Shown here: positions 39,049 through 51,399 of the stretch, piece after piece
Position numbering within the stretch: the stretch's first letter is position 1
Layout of the letters: every line of letters starts with the position of its first letter
Origin: Adineta vaga
Taxonomy: Eukaryota; Animalia; Rotifera
Assembly (NCBI GenBank): GCA_021613535.1
Contig: CP075493.1
Span: 12,524,001 to 12,588,000 of the forward strand
Direction of reading: 5' to 3'
DNA length: 64,000 nucleotides
Program-made: the position numbers and the translations under genes
The notes under the pieces: generated by a model
Database searches by the model: none
Told to the model about the DNA's origin: nothing
Seen by the model: only the letters and a program-made list of their open reading frames with translations

Positions 39049-41140
39049 TTAACTACAGTATTTCTGTGTATTATTTCTTCCATTAGAATATTGAAAATCA
39101 TTATCATCCTTGAAATATTCTAAATAATATTTATAGAGTTTTCTTGAATATGCATCTCCAATTAAAGTAAAATTGTTTTTAATCATATTTTTCTCAATTC
39201 CACATTGAATAAATGATTTAAAGATATTTAATGCATTTATAGTTGTATAATTACCCATGATAGCAATACCTTGTCACAAAAAAATAAGAGATTATTCATT
39301 TCGTTAAAAAATTATTCTTACCTAATGATCTAAAATTATTACCAACACAATGTGCACCAGCAAATGTCCATCCTCGACCTCGATAGATCTCTTGACGATC
39401 ATCCTTATCATTACATATGAAAAAATTATAACCAACATCAGCCCAACCTCGAATATCCATTTGAAAATTTTGTAAATCTTTTATTGCTTTAGTACACTCT
39501 TGTTGATTTAGAACTAGTTTTACATCGGCTAATTGTCGAATAACAATATGTGTTACCGGTAATGTTGTTAAATTTTGACGTGTTATATATGGACGTGCAT
39601 TCCAACTAGTTCGATTTAATATTCGTGGACAACCTGTAAAAAATAGTAAAAAAAAGTATTCTTTTATAATCAATTCGTAATTACCTAAAGGTAATCGATA
39701 TTCAATAAGATTAATTTTTTCTAATAGAGCTGTTGAATTCATTGCACTATGATTTGACGATGGCTTTTTCACAGTAAAAACATAAACAAGTGTAACAATT
39801 ACGACCGAGAGAATAATAACAGTTAATATTCCAATAATACTATAGAGAACGGATCTTCTTTGTTCAAATTTGACATAAGCTTCCGTAAATTTAATATCAT
39901 TTTCCGATGATAAAACTGTTAATGAACGTGATGTAGAATTGCTTTTTTCAATCTCTGGATCTTCACATTCTTCTAATTCAATTTCAATGGAAATTGATGC
40001 TTGAGGATCGTCTAAATCATTTCGTTTGATTGACGTAATTTTAAAAACACTAAATGGAATAATTAGAATTTCTTTTTCATCAGGTCGTGTTGATAAACTT
40101 TCGATATTAATTGCTGTCAAATTCTGTTTCGTTACATATCGACAGATACAAGAATATTGTAATGCCGATTGATTTTTTGGTGTATATCTCATTTGTGATT
40201 GTTGACCTTCACCTGCAAACATTTCTGCGACTTGTCGATCGAGTGATGTCGATAGAAAAGCTCGATTTAAAATATGACGATTGATTTCATATTGATCTAA
40301 ATCATTTGCTGTTATTCGCATTCCTCGATAACATATACCTTGATATTGATATTGTGGTAGATTTGGATGATAGATTAGAAGTGTAACAAGATGTACAAGA
40401 CAATTAACAAGACGATAATTCGATGAAAAAGTTTTTGTTTGATCAAAATATTCTAATATATACAAAGCTAAATCTTTATTGAGAACATGATAGAAGAAAT
40501 TTGTTAATGTATATGCTTTGATAAAATATGTGAGATAATCTTGTTTATCAATGGCTTCTTTGAAATATAATTCAATTGTTTCAATTTGTTGACGAATTTG
40601 TTCATCTTTCGAATTTTTTTCATTATCCATCGTTTTATTCATTAAATATTCATTTAAATAATAATGAATAACTTCAGCTAATAATTTCGATACTAAAAGA
40701 TGATTATCATACGTTTTATAAACATCAATTAATCGACGAAATTCTTGTCGTTTACCAAGTAAATCATCACCGATCATTGACCATTGAATATAATTATAAT
40801 CATCATTCAATGATAAGTTTTCTTGTTCAACAAATAATTGTTTTATTTCATCAGTATAAACTTCTTCATAAGGTGTTAAACTATGTCGTAGATTTCTTAT
40901 TGAATGGGCTGCGCCATAATCTAATAGAATTTTAACCATATCACGATGACCATAATAACATGCGACATGTAAACATGTGGAACCTGATGATGTTTGAATC
41001 TTATTGATAAGATTGATATTTCCGATAAATGGAAGGAATTTTTGAACTTTTTCAATTTCATTTCGTTTGCATAATTGATATAGGAAATCAATTATTTTCG
41101 AATCATTTTCACGATTATCCGGTGGTAAAATTGAAAGCAT
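39049..41140 (-). CDS. Ankyrin + ART + single TM + PGRP (Amidase_2-like) protein, 3 exons, ~662 aa
   Basis: Exons 41140-39685, 39633-39322 and 39269-39049. ANK GSTCLHVACYYGHRDMVKILLDYGA; ART CYRG, FLSTS, EKEILI; TM ~39770-39850; PGRP CPRILNRTSWNA, RGWADVGYNF, GRGW..GAH, SLGIAIMGNY. Confidence 0.9.
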
Positions 41141-41543
41141 TCACGATGAAAGAGATCAAAAATGATAAGAAAGAAAAGATCGTATTCTTCTTTTATTTTC
41201 GATTTGACATTTTACATAAGTAATATGATATTTTCATATTCAGACATCTTCGTTTTTTTAATCTTTCCTTTATTTGTGTAACTTAACAAATGATAAGATG
41301 AAAACTACTGAAGAATGTTGATGTTTGATTGTGAAATAAATAGAGAAAATAAATGAAGAATGAAAATGTGTTTTTAAACGAATCTTTCAGCTTAGAAATA
41401 TATGCACAGATTTCAATTGAGATAGAAAAGATGGTCTTATTTTTATTGATATACAAACAAATACGATTCGAATATAAAGAATAGGCGTTTGATTTCAGTA
41501 ATTTATTTGTCATTTAATAACAATCTGATAAGATTAGTGATTA

Positions 41544-41801
41544 TCATGTACGACATTGCAAAGTACATTTGAATTTTTTTCCATTTTTAGCAAGATAATC
41601 AGTGAGTGGTCGACCATTATCCCAATCTTCAATTTTATGTGAATGTCCAAGTCGTGCATGAGGTACATTTAAGTTTTGTTTCAATTGACCGACTGTAATT
41701 GATTTGGGAATCTTTTTGACAATTTTCTTTCTTCCACCTGGCCATGACATATCCACTTTCACTTTCATATAATCCTTATTCGAAGATGATGCACATCCCA
41801 T
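41544..41801 (-). CDS. Small putatively N-acylated, ubiquitin-like protein (85 aa)
   Basis: MGCASS myristoylation/palmitoylation motif; beta-grasp-like spacing (VKVDM..ITVGQLKQNL..PLTDY). Confidence 0.55.
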   Translation of the reverse strand: MGCASSSNKDYMKVKVDMSWPGGRKKIVKKIPKSITVGQLKQNLNVPHARLGHSHKIEDWDNGRPLTDYLAKNGKKFKCTLQCRT

Positions 41802-42872
41802 TCTTTTCAAAATTTTCTCTTTAATTTGATCAAAATACACAACAAATCTATCTATCGCTTACTCACGGTACGTATTCATAGAAAGTTAAACGTGTATATG
41901 TTTTTTTTTCTTCTTTATTTTGTATATTTAGAGAAGAACTGAAGTTAATCAAGTGTGGCGATAGCTTACGTCAAAAATGAGTCAACGAAGAAGTTTGTTA
42001 TGACGAATATCGTTCTTTTCAAATAACGTCACATTATGATAAAGTAGATCTGTACAAATGTTTTCCGATGTAAATTAATGAAATTCAATCAATAACGTTT
42101 TCTTCGCACTGTAGGAGATTCAAAGTAATTATAACAATTAATTATGAGCTTTTTCTTGAAATTTTTTATTTTTACACAAAGAACAGATCTATCTTTGCTT
42201 CAATGCAATATTTAGTTGTTTGCACTTTATATCATTGATCATTTGAACACTTTCCTCATCAACATTGTACTCGTTGATCTTGCTGTATGCTATCTAATTT
42301 CAGTGTGTACAACATGATCTGATAAATTAACAGACGACTGTGATAAAAACAATGAAAATTGAATCGGTATCTTTTAGCGATGAGATGTTCTCAAGTAGCT
42401 GCATCTTCGAAACTATTTTGAGGAGAATAAGACTTATATGATCTGATTAGATTATGTGATAAATTAATTTTTAATTGAAAATAAAGCACTCAGACTTTTA
42501 TCTTTGTATAACATTAACTCTGCCCATTCTGTTTTCCAATGATTTCTCACGTTTTTGAGTTCAAAAGAAAAAATCATGATTTCTTTTAAATTTAGTAAAT
42601 ATTATCTCTACTGCTTGAAAACATAATCATTTTATTATTTATACGAGAGACTTTTTTCATGACATTTATTTTACTCATTATAATGACTACGTTTTTAATG
42701 GTCTTTTGATTTTCAAGAGTCTTTATAAAAATGTTTATAACATGCAAGAAAATTATTTTGTTAGATTATAAATGCTCTGTCATTAGAGATAATTAATGAA
42801 GGTGATACTTAGGCTTTTTCAAGCTCGTGAACAAGATGGTAAAACTCTTTGTGCGTAGATTCATATCATACT

Positions 42873-43201
42873 CAAAGATGGGCAAGTCAAGTCATTTTTG
42901 ACTTAGAGCGTTTTAAAATTAGATATGACTTAACTTGACCTTACTTGGGCTCATATAACAAAACAAGTCAAGTTCAAAAATATATAGTATAAAAATCTTT
43001 TATGCACTTCAATTTTGTTTTCCAGTTTGAAAATGTAACAGGAAAATATAGCCAACATCAATAATTATTTTCTCATAGTAGATGTATCTTGAAATTAAGA
43101 CAAGATTCGAATACGTTGGAAGTCTTTTTCAGTTTTCATAGGTTATCTGACTTCCCAATCAATCAATTTTAGTGTGACTTGACTTGACTTGCCCATCTCT
43201 A
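42873..43201. mobile_element. ~329-bp hAT-like MITE
   Basis: Perfect 19-bp inverted repeat AGATGGGCAAGTCAAGTCA (42876-42894 / 43180-43198); internal GACTT/AAGTC repeats; degenerate 8-bp TSD ATCATACT/ATTATAAT (6/8). Confidence 0.75.
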
Positions 43202-43391
43202 ATTATAATTGAGAACATGATGGTACGTCAACACTTTTTATCTGTTAAATAATAGATAGTTTCTTCTTTCATACCGATTCTATTCTGAATAAACTACGAA
43301 AGACCAATTTTTTACTTCATTTGTGTAATTAACCATAATTAGTTATCTTGTTGTTTAAGAATCTATTCATATTGTATCCAACAGTATACAT

Positions 43392-44339
43392 ATGGCAATT
43401 CCTAATTCTACTCGTGCATGGTTACTTCTAATACCTCTAATTCCATCACTGATCGTTACAATATTCACTCTTTATCATTTTCTTACAAACAGAGCATTAC
43501 GTATGGCACTTAACAATCATGTTATTATTCTTCTTCTCATCGCTGGATTCATTGAAGAACTAACTGATATATCATGGTCTATTCACTTTTATCGAACCGG
43601 CACTTCTCTCTCATCTACGCCTACTTTCTGTTATACATGGGCCTATATTGGTTCGAATGTATATGCATTAAATTTCATTTTCATGGCTTGGGCATCGATG
43701 GAACGACATATTCTTATATTTCATTCTAAATGGTTGAGAACAAAACGAATGTGTTTTTTCTTGCATTATCTTCCATTAATCATTTGCATTCTATTGCCTT
43801 CAATATTCTACTTTGTTAACTACTTCATTCTACCTTGTGATGTACCTTTACATTTTAACGAGACATTATGTTGTCTGTATACATGCATCACAAATAACAC
43901 TTGGAGTTCTTATTTTGATAGTATTATCATATCTCTCATACCTATATGGACCACGGTTATTTTTAGTACAGCACTTTTCATCCGTGTAATCCGCCAAAAA
44001 TATCGTATACATCAGAAAATCTCTTGGGGAAGATATAAAAAACTTGCCACTCAATTGTTATTGATATCTGCACTCTATATTCTGTTACAATGTCCTCCAA
44101 TGATCATGTATACTGCACATTCTATGGGTCTGTCATCTGATATTGGAGCTGATTATTATTCTAATAGCTTCATTTTTACAAATTGGATTATATTATTTAC
44201 ACCATTTACTACTATAATATCGTTGCCTGAATTACGAATAAAATATCGACGTGTTTTTTGGTTTTGGCGAACACGACATTCTGTTGCTCCATTCATTCCA
44301 TTACAAAATCCTAAAAAACCAGTTGCGCGATCGACATAG
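43392..44339 (+). CDS. Intronless rhodopsin-like 7TM GPCR (orphan)
   Basis: 315 aa; LRMALNNH, FCYTW, WASMERH, seven hydrophobic segments, LPELR end. Confidence 0.85.
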   Translation: MAIPNSTRAWLLLIPLIPSLIVTIFTLYHFLTNRALRMALNNHVIILLLIAGFIEELTDISWSIHFYRTGTSLSSTPTFCYTWAYIGSNVYALNFIFMAWASMERHILIFHSKWLRTKRMCFFLHYLPLIICILLPSIFYFVNYFILPCDVPLHFNETLCCLYTCITNNTWSSYFDSIIISLIPIWTTVIFSTALFIRVIRQKYRIHQKISWGRYKKLATQLLLISALYILLQCPPMIMYTAHSMGLSSDIGADYYSNSFIFTNWIILFTPFTTIISLPELRIKYRRVFWFWRTRHSVAPFIPLQNPKKPVARST

Positions 44340-44519
44340 TATACTTGGTAATACAGTAATTAAATTAAACTATTTCAAACAGCTATTGTTTTTAGAAAAA
44401 CAATAAATATTTATTATATTTTTTGTCGTATCTCTCCGTATCGTTCTTTATTTTTCATTAGAATAAAGAAATATGACTATTAATATGAAAGTTCTTTTTT
44501 TCAAAGTACTATGAATAAG

Positions 44520-44880
44520 TTCATGTGCATGTAGATAATGTTTTTCTCGCATTGTTAATACTCGTCGATAAAATTCATACGCTTCTTGCTAAAATCCTTG
44601 TATTCTTAGAGTTTCACCAATATTCACAAGTACAAAAGCTGAATCTTCAATATGTTGTGGATCATTCGATTATAAGCATTATCGAAATATCGTCGAGCTT
44701 CATTCCACTAACACATATCATATGTGAATTTACCAAATAGAATTGAGATATTTAAGTTTTCCGATTGACGATGCGTATCAGCAGGATATTTGTTTATGAT
44801 TAACATTCCACCATTAATTACATTTAATCGAGTAATCCATTTTTGATCAATTTGCTGTATACTTTAAAATTTCAATGTTG
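44520..44880 (-). pseudogene. Degraded TPR fragment resembling the C-terminal half of ART-TPR genes
   Basis: Minus-strand translation gives ISILFGKFTYDMC*WNEARRYFDNAY..VLVNIGETLEY..*QEAYEFYRRVLTMREKHY with stops and a frameshift. Confidence 0.6.
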
Positions 44881-45164
44881 TATTGAAATCGAATAAGATC
44901 TCTTATTTTTTATTCTATTCAATAAATCGCAAATTATCACCAAGTTCTTCAATATTCACTTATTTTCTAATGAGTCATTTTTTCTATTGCGTAAAGGAAG
45001 TAGAGAATCTCATCTATACTTTTATCTGTTTTAACCGAATGGTTTACTCAACTGAAACGAAAAATAAGCGTACATAGAATAAAATATCCACGTTTTTCTT
45101 CTTCTTTCATAGTTTGAGAGCGCAACTTGCGACAACAACGTGTACGTATCGAATTTGACATTGT

Positions 45165-47006
45165 TTGTTTCGAGAATACTCGCTGAGATGGAACGGTGAA
45201 GTATTGCCTTTGTTTATATTGATCTCGAAGTTATATCCTCTTATTTTTTTTAGTTTAAGTGAGAAAGGAAAAACTTCGCTTGAAAATCTTTCAAATGAAC
45301 TTATTTATGAAATATTCGAATATTTACATTTACATCATGCATTTCAAGCTTTTTATAATCTCAATGAACGATTTGACAATCTTTTCAAACATTTCAAATA
45401 TCCAATTAAAATCGATATTTCATCGATTTCAACATCGACATATGAACGTTATGCTCAACACGTTATTCGTCCACATGCTAAACGAATAAAATCACTTCGT
45501 ATATCAAATCCTTTTGTGAATGAAATATATCTACAACTACTTCCTGCAATATTAAATTTCATTCGACTTGAAGCACTCACCTTAACGAATATTGATGTAG
45601 CATATCTTCCAAAAATTTTAGATCAATTGTATTCTTTGTCAACTTTATCTTCATTAACTATTATATCCGATGATTATTTACATAAGTCAATTAATGTTTA
45701 TGAAAAAATATTTCGACTTCCCCGATTAAGATATTGTCAGATGTTGTTAAAAACATCTGAAAATACATTTTTTGATATTACTAATGAATTGAATACGATT
45801 GAATATCTTGTTGTAAATCAGACAGTTTCTTTTGATCAACTTGATAGTTTATTATCATATGTGCCGAAATTACAACGTTTATCAATTATTGATTTATATG
45901 AACTAAGCGATAGTCGAAGAAAAAGCAAGTCATTATCCTTGGATTTATTGACAAATGTTTCAATTACAGTGAAAAACATCGAGTTTAACGATTTTCAATC
46001 AATAGCTCGAGATTATTTTCGTCAAGTTCAAGTTTTACACCTTAAAGTTCAATGTAAAGCATGGTACAACGATGGAATACAATATCTAGATGCTAATCGA
46101 TGGGAACAATTAATTTCAACATATATACCAAATCTAAGTATCTTTGATTTCCAATATATTCATTACTTTCGTGGTGAAATTGATCGAGAAAATTACGACA
46201 CTTGTATAAGAAATTTCAATTCGATATTTTTCGTGAAGCACGAATGGCTCTTTGATTATCAATATCATCCACAGTCTGATACAGCTGTCTTCTTTTCGAG
46301 AAACCCATATAGAAGAAAAGACTATTTATTACATGGAGATTGGACGAAAAATATATGGGCATCAATGACTGAAATTAATCAAGATCCAATGCATCATATT
46401 TATTTACATAATTCAACTACAACGGAACAGTATGCGGATATTATTTCAAATGTGAATGAAATGTCTTTTGTGGAAAATTTGGATATCTCTTATCATTCAT
46501 TTGATGCTAATTCTCAGCTTATTTTTCCTGGAAAACAACTTACTAAAGTAAATATCTATTTTCGTGACTTTTCCGTTGAAGATTTAATTGAACTGATTGA
46601 ATTATCACCGAAAGTTCATACATTAAAGTTGGCCTGTTTGTCACTTAACCAAACCGACTTAATTTCAATTCAACAAAGTGATCAATTTCATAGAGTGTCC
46701 AAAACAAATAACATGAAGAAACTGACCATCGAGGATACAATTAGAGCAGAACAATTCAAATTAATTGTTGACTTGTTTCCTCAACTGGAGAATCTTAGTA
46801 TTGATTTATATAGACATGATCTAGAGTCAATAGCACATTATTTATGGGCGAAATTTGACAACATTTCTCGTCGTTTATGCTTATTGTGTATTGCACATGA
46901 ACGTGAACGTTTGGATGGAATCTTAAAAGATTTGATAGAATCGAACAAACTTCGTTCTCATTACTATGTGAAAGTTATAAGAAAAAAACTTTATATATGG
47001 TGGTAA
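45165..47006 (+). CDS. F-box-like/LRR protein (true start probably in upstream small exons near 45040)
   Basis: LENLSNELIYEIFEYL; DANRWEQLISTYIPNLSIFDF; ends LYIWW. Confidence 0.8.
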   Translation: MFREYSLRWNGEVLPLFILISKLYPLIFFSLSEKGKTSLENLSNELIYEIFEYLHLHHAFQAFYNLNERFDNLFKHFKYPIKIDISSISTSTYERYAQHVIRPHAKRIKSLRISNPFVNEIYLQLLPAILNFIRLEALTLTNIDVAYLPKILDQLYSLSTLSSLTIISDDYLHKSINVYEKIFRLPRLRYCQMLLKTSENTFFDITNELNTIEYLVVNQTVSFDQLDSLLSYVPKLQRLSIIDLYELSDSRRKSKSLSLDLLTNVSITVKNIEFNDFQSIARDYFRQVQVLHLKVQCKAWYNDGIQYLDANRWEQLISTYIPNLSIFDFQYIHYFRGEIDRENYDTCIRNFNSIFFVKHEWLFDYQYHPQSDTAVFFSRNPYRRKDYLLHGDWTKNIWASMTEINQDPMHHIYLHNSTTTEQYADIISNVNEMSFVENLDISYHSFDANSQLIFPGKQLTKVNIYFRDFSVEDLIELIELSPKVHTLKLACLSLNQTDLISIQQSDQFHRVSKTNNMKKLTIEDTIRAEQFKLIVDLFPQLENLSIDLYRHDLESIAHYLWAKFDNISRRLCLLCIAHERERLDGILKDLIESNKLRSHYYVKVIRKKLYIWW

Positions 47007-47255
47007 AATATTTTTGAACGGAACAGTTATATCGTGATGCGATGATATATTTAAAGAATGAGTCATAGTTTATAATCCTATCTTTCCAAGATACAACTCG
47101 TTTTTTTATTCCCTTTACTCAGCGTCACTGTGTATGCTGGAAAAAGCCAACATAAATCATACATTATGGGTAATAAACAGCTTGTTCGTATAAAATTCCC
47201 TTTGTTTTAAACATCATACATAACTCACATAGGTATTTTTTCTTTCCATTTTACG

Positions 47256-48900
47256 ATGGCTACTAATTACAAAAGATTTCGAAGGGACAATAAACCAACG
47301 AATATTGAATTATTACCTAATGAACTGTTCATCAATTGTTTCCAATATTTGTCGACTGCTGATCTCTTTCAAGCATTTCATAAGCTCAATCTTCGATTTG
47401 AATCTCTTCTTTTCGATCATTTTCGAGTTCAAGGTTTCGATTTTCGAGCTATATCTCAATCGAATTTCAAGATTATGTGTCCTACATATTTGTCACTTTC
47501 ATTCATCCATTTACAATCACTTTCAATATATAAGCTTCGTTCTCAAGATTCATCTGGTCGAATTATAGGAGAACTTCAAGATTTGCCACACTTTTCTCGT
47601 CTTATCTACAAACCAGTTTATTATCCATCAAATTCTTTTATAGCTTGTCACTTCGTTAGCAGCCTTTGGCATTCAAAAAAACGTAGACATTGATGTTTAG
47701 CTTTTGAATTTGAACCTTACATGAATTTTCCTATGCCATTCGTAACTTCAACTAGTCTTCAATACCTAACTTTGGAGGATATTCAGTTGACATCAGATGA
47801 ATTGATTCAATTAATGAAACGCACACCAAATATACAATATTTATCTGTACATCTTAGTTACCAATTTCCGTTCAGGGCACAACTATCGGCTATATCAAAA
47901 CTCAATAAGTTATGTATAACATATTTTTGGAATTCCGCTCAATTTCTTCGTATATTAGAAGCACTTCCTGAATTATCTTATTTAAAATTAAATCTAGGAG
48001 ATGATTGTATTGATGGAAATCAATGAAAATGGTTAATCGAACTATGTTTGCCGAAAATCACAAGCCTGCATTTTCGTATGATATATAAGATAAAAAGTAA
48101 AACTCAAAAGAATCAAGAAATTGATAAAATACTCGATACCTTTCGTGATCATTTTTGGCTTAATAAGCATCGTTGGTCTGTACAATGTAATTGGCATCCA
48201 GATCAGCACACCGCTCATTTCTATACATTACCGTATGCGTTCGAAGGATATTCTTGTTCTGAACAATATTTATCGAAAACAACTTGTCCTTATGAAAATA
48301 AATCATGGTCTTATCATAGTGTGCGTTCACTTATATATAATCTACCAATATCTAAATGTTCAAATCAATCAAACATACAATTTTCTAACATTCAAACGCT
48401 TTCGATCAAACTTCCTATCGACGATCATTTTTCATCGATGATATCAGATTTATCTCAGATAAAATAGCTTATAATTTCATTAACTAATGATGATATGGAA
48501 AATAATCGAAATCAATTACAAAATGTACTTCATCAAATACATTGTCTATTAACTTTATATATTAGACAGAAACCAATGCAGGTTTTAGACTTATTATCCT
48601 TTGACAATAAAGATCTAGCTACATGGTATTTCGATCTACTCAAACCTGATCAATGGTATAATAGTGAACAATGCATGAAATTAAGTCAATTGACATTTAT
48701 TACTCATTGTAAAGCACTTGCTATTGCTGTTGATGATCGAACAAGTGTTGTTAATATTGTTACTACATTGAATAATCTACAAGCTTTGAGTGTACTCTGC
48801 CAAGATGATAAATGGAATCTACAAACAACATCTACCACCTTCATGCACGATACGAAGATATCCAGAATATCGAGTTATTGGATTGTGGATACGTTAGTCT
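47256..48900 (+). pseudogene. F-box-like/LRR pseudogene
   Basis: Four ORFs in one frame separated by stops ending at 47693, 48026 and 48467. IELLPNELFINCFQYL and FYTLPYAF match the 27403 gene family. Confidence 0.85.
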
Positions 48901-49091
48901 TTCAGCTCTATATTCACATCCACATATGGAAAATAGTCGTTCATTGTTTGAGAAATATTTTATTCGTGAGTAAAATATGGAAAACTTAAGTAGAGCTAAC
49001 TACAGATGAAGAGAGAGATCTAAAATCAACTAATTTTGTTTAAAAAAATGAAAACGCAGAAAAGTTTTAAGTATCATCAGCATGACGTATG

Positions 49092-50815
49092 TTAACAACC
49101 AGTAGATATGAGACTATATTTCCAGATACCATCAATGGAATACATCGATGCACTGTTGAGTGTGTAAATATTACCGGCCGTATCCAAACGAATACTCGAA
49201 TAGCCATACATTCCACTGAAAGAACTTGTAGCAGAATAGACTATTGATTTAATGAAAGCAGATGCCGGTGTGGAACCATATCTATATATATAATTGCTTG
49301 ATAAGATATAAATATTTCCATATTTATCCAACGTTAAATGATATGGAATGTATTGAGATTTGACCGTGAATAGAACGGTCCCATATGCACTGCCAGAGGG
49401 ATACATGACAACTCGACTAAAATGAAATAAAATCCATGATATAATTCTTCTTTCTTATTAATCTCATAAGCTGGATGATTCTTTATACTTTTGCAGTATT
49501 AGTGTGATACTTACTAGTTATTGGTATCGGCTATGTATAAAGTGTTGTTTTGGTCTAAATAGATACCACCTGGAGTATTGAGTTGATTTGTCATTGACCC
49601 AGAAATTCCGTTAGTACCAGCCACTAAAATCAGTGTCATCGCATTTTGTGTAATTTTTACGACTCGATGATTAGATGGATCTGAATAGTATATAAAACCC
49701 TGACTGTCAACAAATAGACCACCACATTGACAGAGTTGATTCATTTGATTACCACATATGACTTCTCCGAATACAACAGTACCATCCGTGCCATTGCCTT
49801 CCACGTATTTGACCACTCGATAATAGGTTGAATAGCCAAATATACCAGAACCGTACTTGTAACAAAGAATATCATATTATCTCATTTAGATTATTGAAAA
49901 AAATGGTTCTAAGTTTTCTTTCTCTCAAAACTCTAAGAACATAACTATGGATGATAGTGAACTTGGCGGAATAGAATGACTAATCTTTATCTCATTTAAA
50001 ATTTAAATACAGACTTACTCCACTTTCGGCTGCATACACAGTTCCGTTAGAATCAACGTACAGTTTATTAGCTGAGTAGGTAATTATTGTTGTATTAGGT
50101 GCACCAATGACGCTATATGTTGCTGCTGATGTCTCGTTTGCTTCAATTTTAATTATACGACGATTATTATTGTCGATCGTAATATAATTATTTTTTGCAT
50201 CAAGATAAAAATCAGACGTATAATAATTAAAATAATACGAGGATATATTGGAAAAATTGACTGCTATTTGTTCGATGTCACTCCATATAGCAGTTGGACA
50301 GATACCATCTAGTAATGAAATTAGAAAAAATATATAAGATAGAGACATGTTTTCATTTTATTGGCTAGGGCGTCTAAGTTGAAATTCTGTATACATACCT
50401 ACTACACGTAGTTGAGAGTTAGAAATTCCATTTGCATTAGTTGATGAGCATACACTAGTTAATGCAATAGGCATACAGATCGGTGCTGCGCAGCAACTGT
50501 TGATAACACATACAGAGTTATTTGATGCACACGTCTTAGCGGCTGTGCAAACATCGAACAATGAACAATTCGCTTGAGGTGCACATACTGTTTTATTTTT
50601 TGATGTCTCAAAACGATAACATGTGTTTGCAGCTGAACAATTACCGTTTGGATTGTTTAGTGTACATTGATCTACCTTGCAATTTGACGAAGATATAATT
50701 GTCAAACCTATATCAGAGAAGATATCATAGAAATAATTCTTAACAATTTTACATTACTTTTAGTAAAGATAGGAAGCAGGCATAGATAAAAAACCGTGAG
50801 AAATGTTAGTCGCAT
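49092..50815 (-). CDS. Secreted multi-exon protein with a Cys-rich N-terminal domain and NHL repeats
   Basis: Signal MRLTFLTVFYLCLLPIFT; Cys-rich exon (VCVINSCCAAPICMP); NHL QLNTPGGIYLDQNNTLYIADTNN. Internal splice junctions not all verified. Confidence 0.7.
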
Positions 50816-51399
50816 CGTTTGAATAATAGATTGATTCAGAACAATAAAACTGAATACGAATATGTTTGAAAGCAAAGAAGGAGAGAAAAACGGCGAATTT
50901 ATATAAGCGTAATTGTGAAGCAAGATATTTATTTTAGAAGCAAAACATCTTTTGGTTACTATATGAATCAGCAAAATTCAATTCTGCTTTCGTTAGTGTT
51001 CACTTAGTGAGACTGTTTTTCTCTTTGTTGAATAAATAGCATGACTTTCTTTTTCTGCATTACGTTCCATGATGTTTGATTTAAACTAAAGAAAAACATT
51101 ATTCAAGCAAACATTTTAACTTTGTTTACGGTTAAAGGAATTATTCTGACAAGAAAAAATATTGTGGCTGCCCCACATAAACGATTGACATTTGTTATTG
51201 AAAGTATGATCATTCAGCTACGAACTTCGAAAAAAAACATTCCCAGAAAGGATAGAAATGAAAGAATGAGTTTTGTTGTTTTAATGGTTGCAAAGCCAGA
51301 ATAGTCGTAAAATTTCGTATGGATGATTAACTGATTGGTGAAAAAAAGACATTTTAAATATTTTCACCATTCAGTTAGATGATCAACAAGCCTTAAACA

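Noticed and set aside
39634-39684. Apparent second hydrophobic segment (YFFLLFF) in the PGRP-ART ORF
   Set aside because: It is a 51-nt in-frame GT-AG intron with a polypyrimidine tract, not a second TM helix.
47256-48989. Possible stop-codon readthrough or alternative genetic code in four same-frame ORFs
   Set aside because: The stops are mixed (TGA, TGA, TAG), neighbouring genes use the standard code, and the gene also appears internally deleted; pseudogene is simpler.
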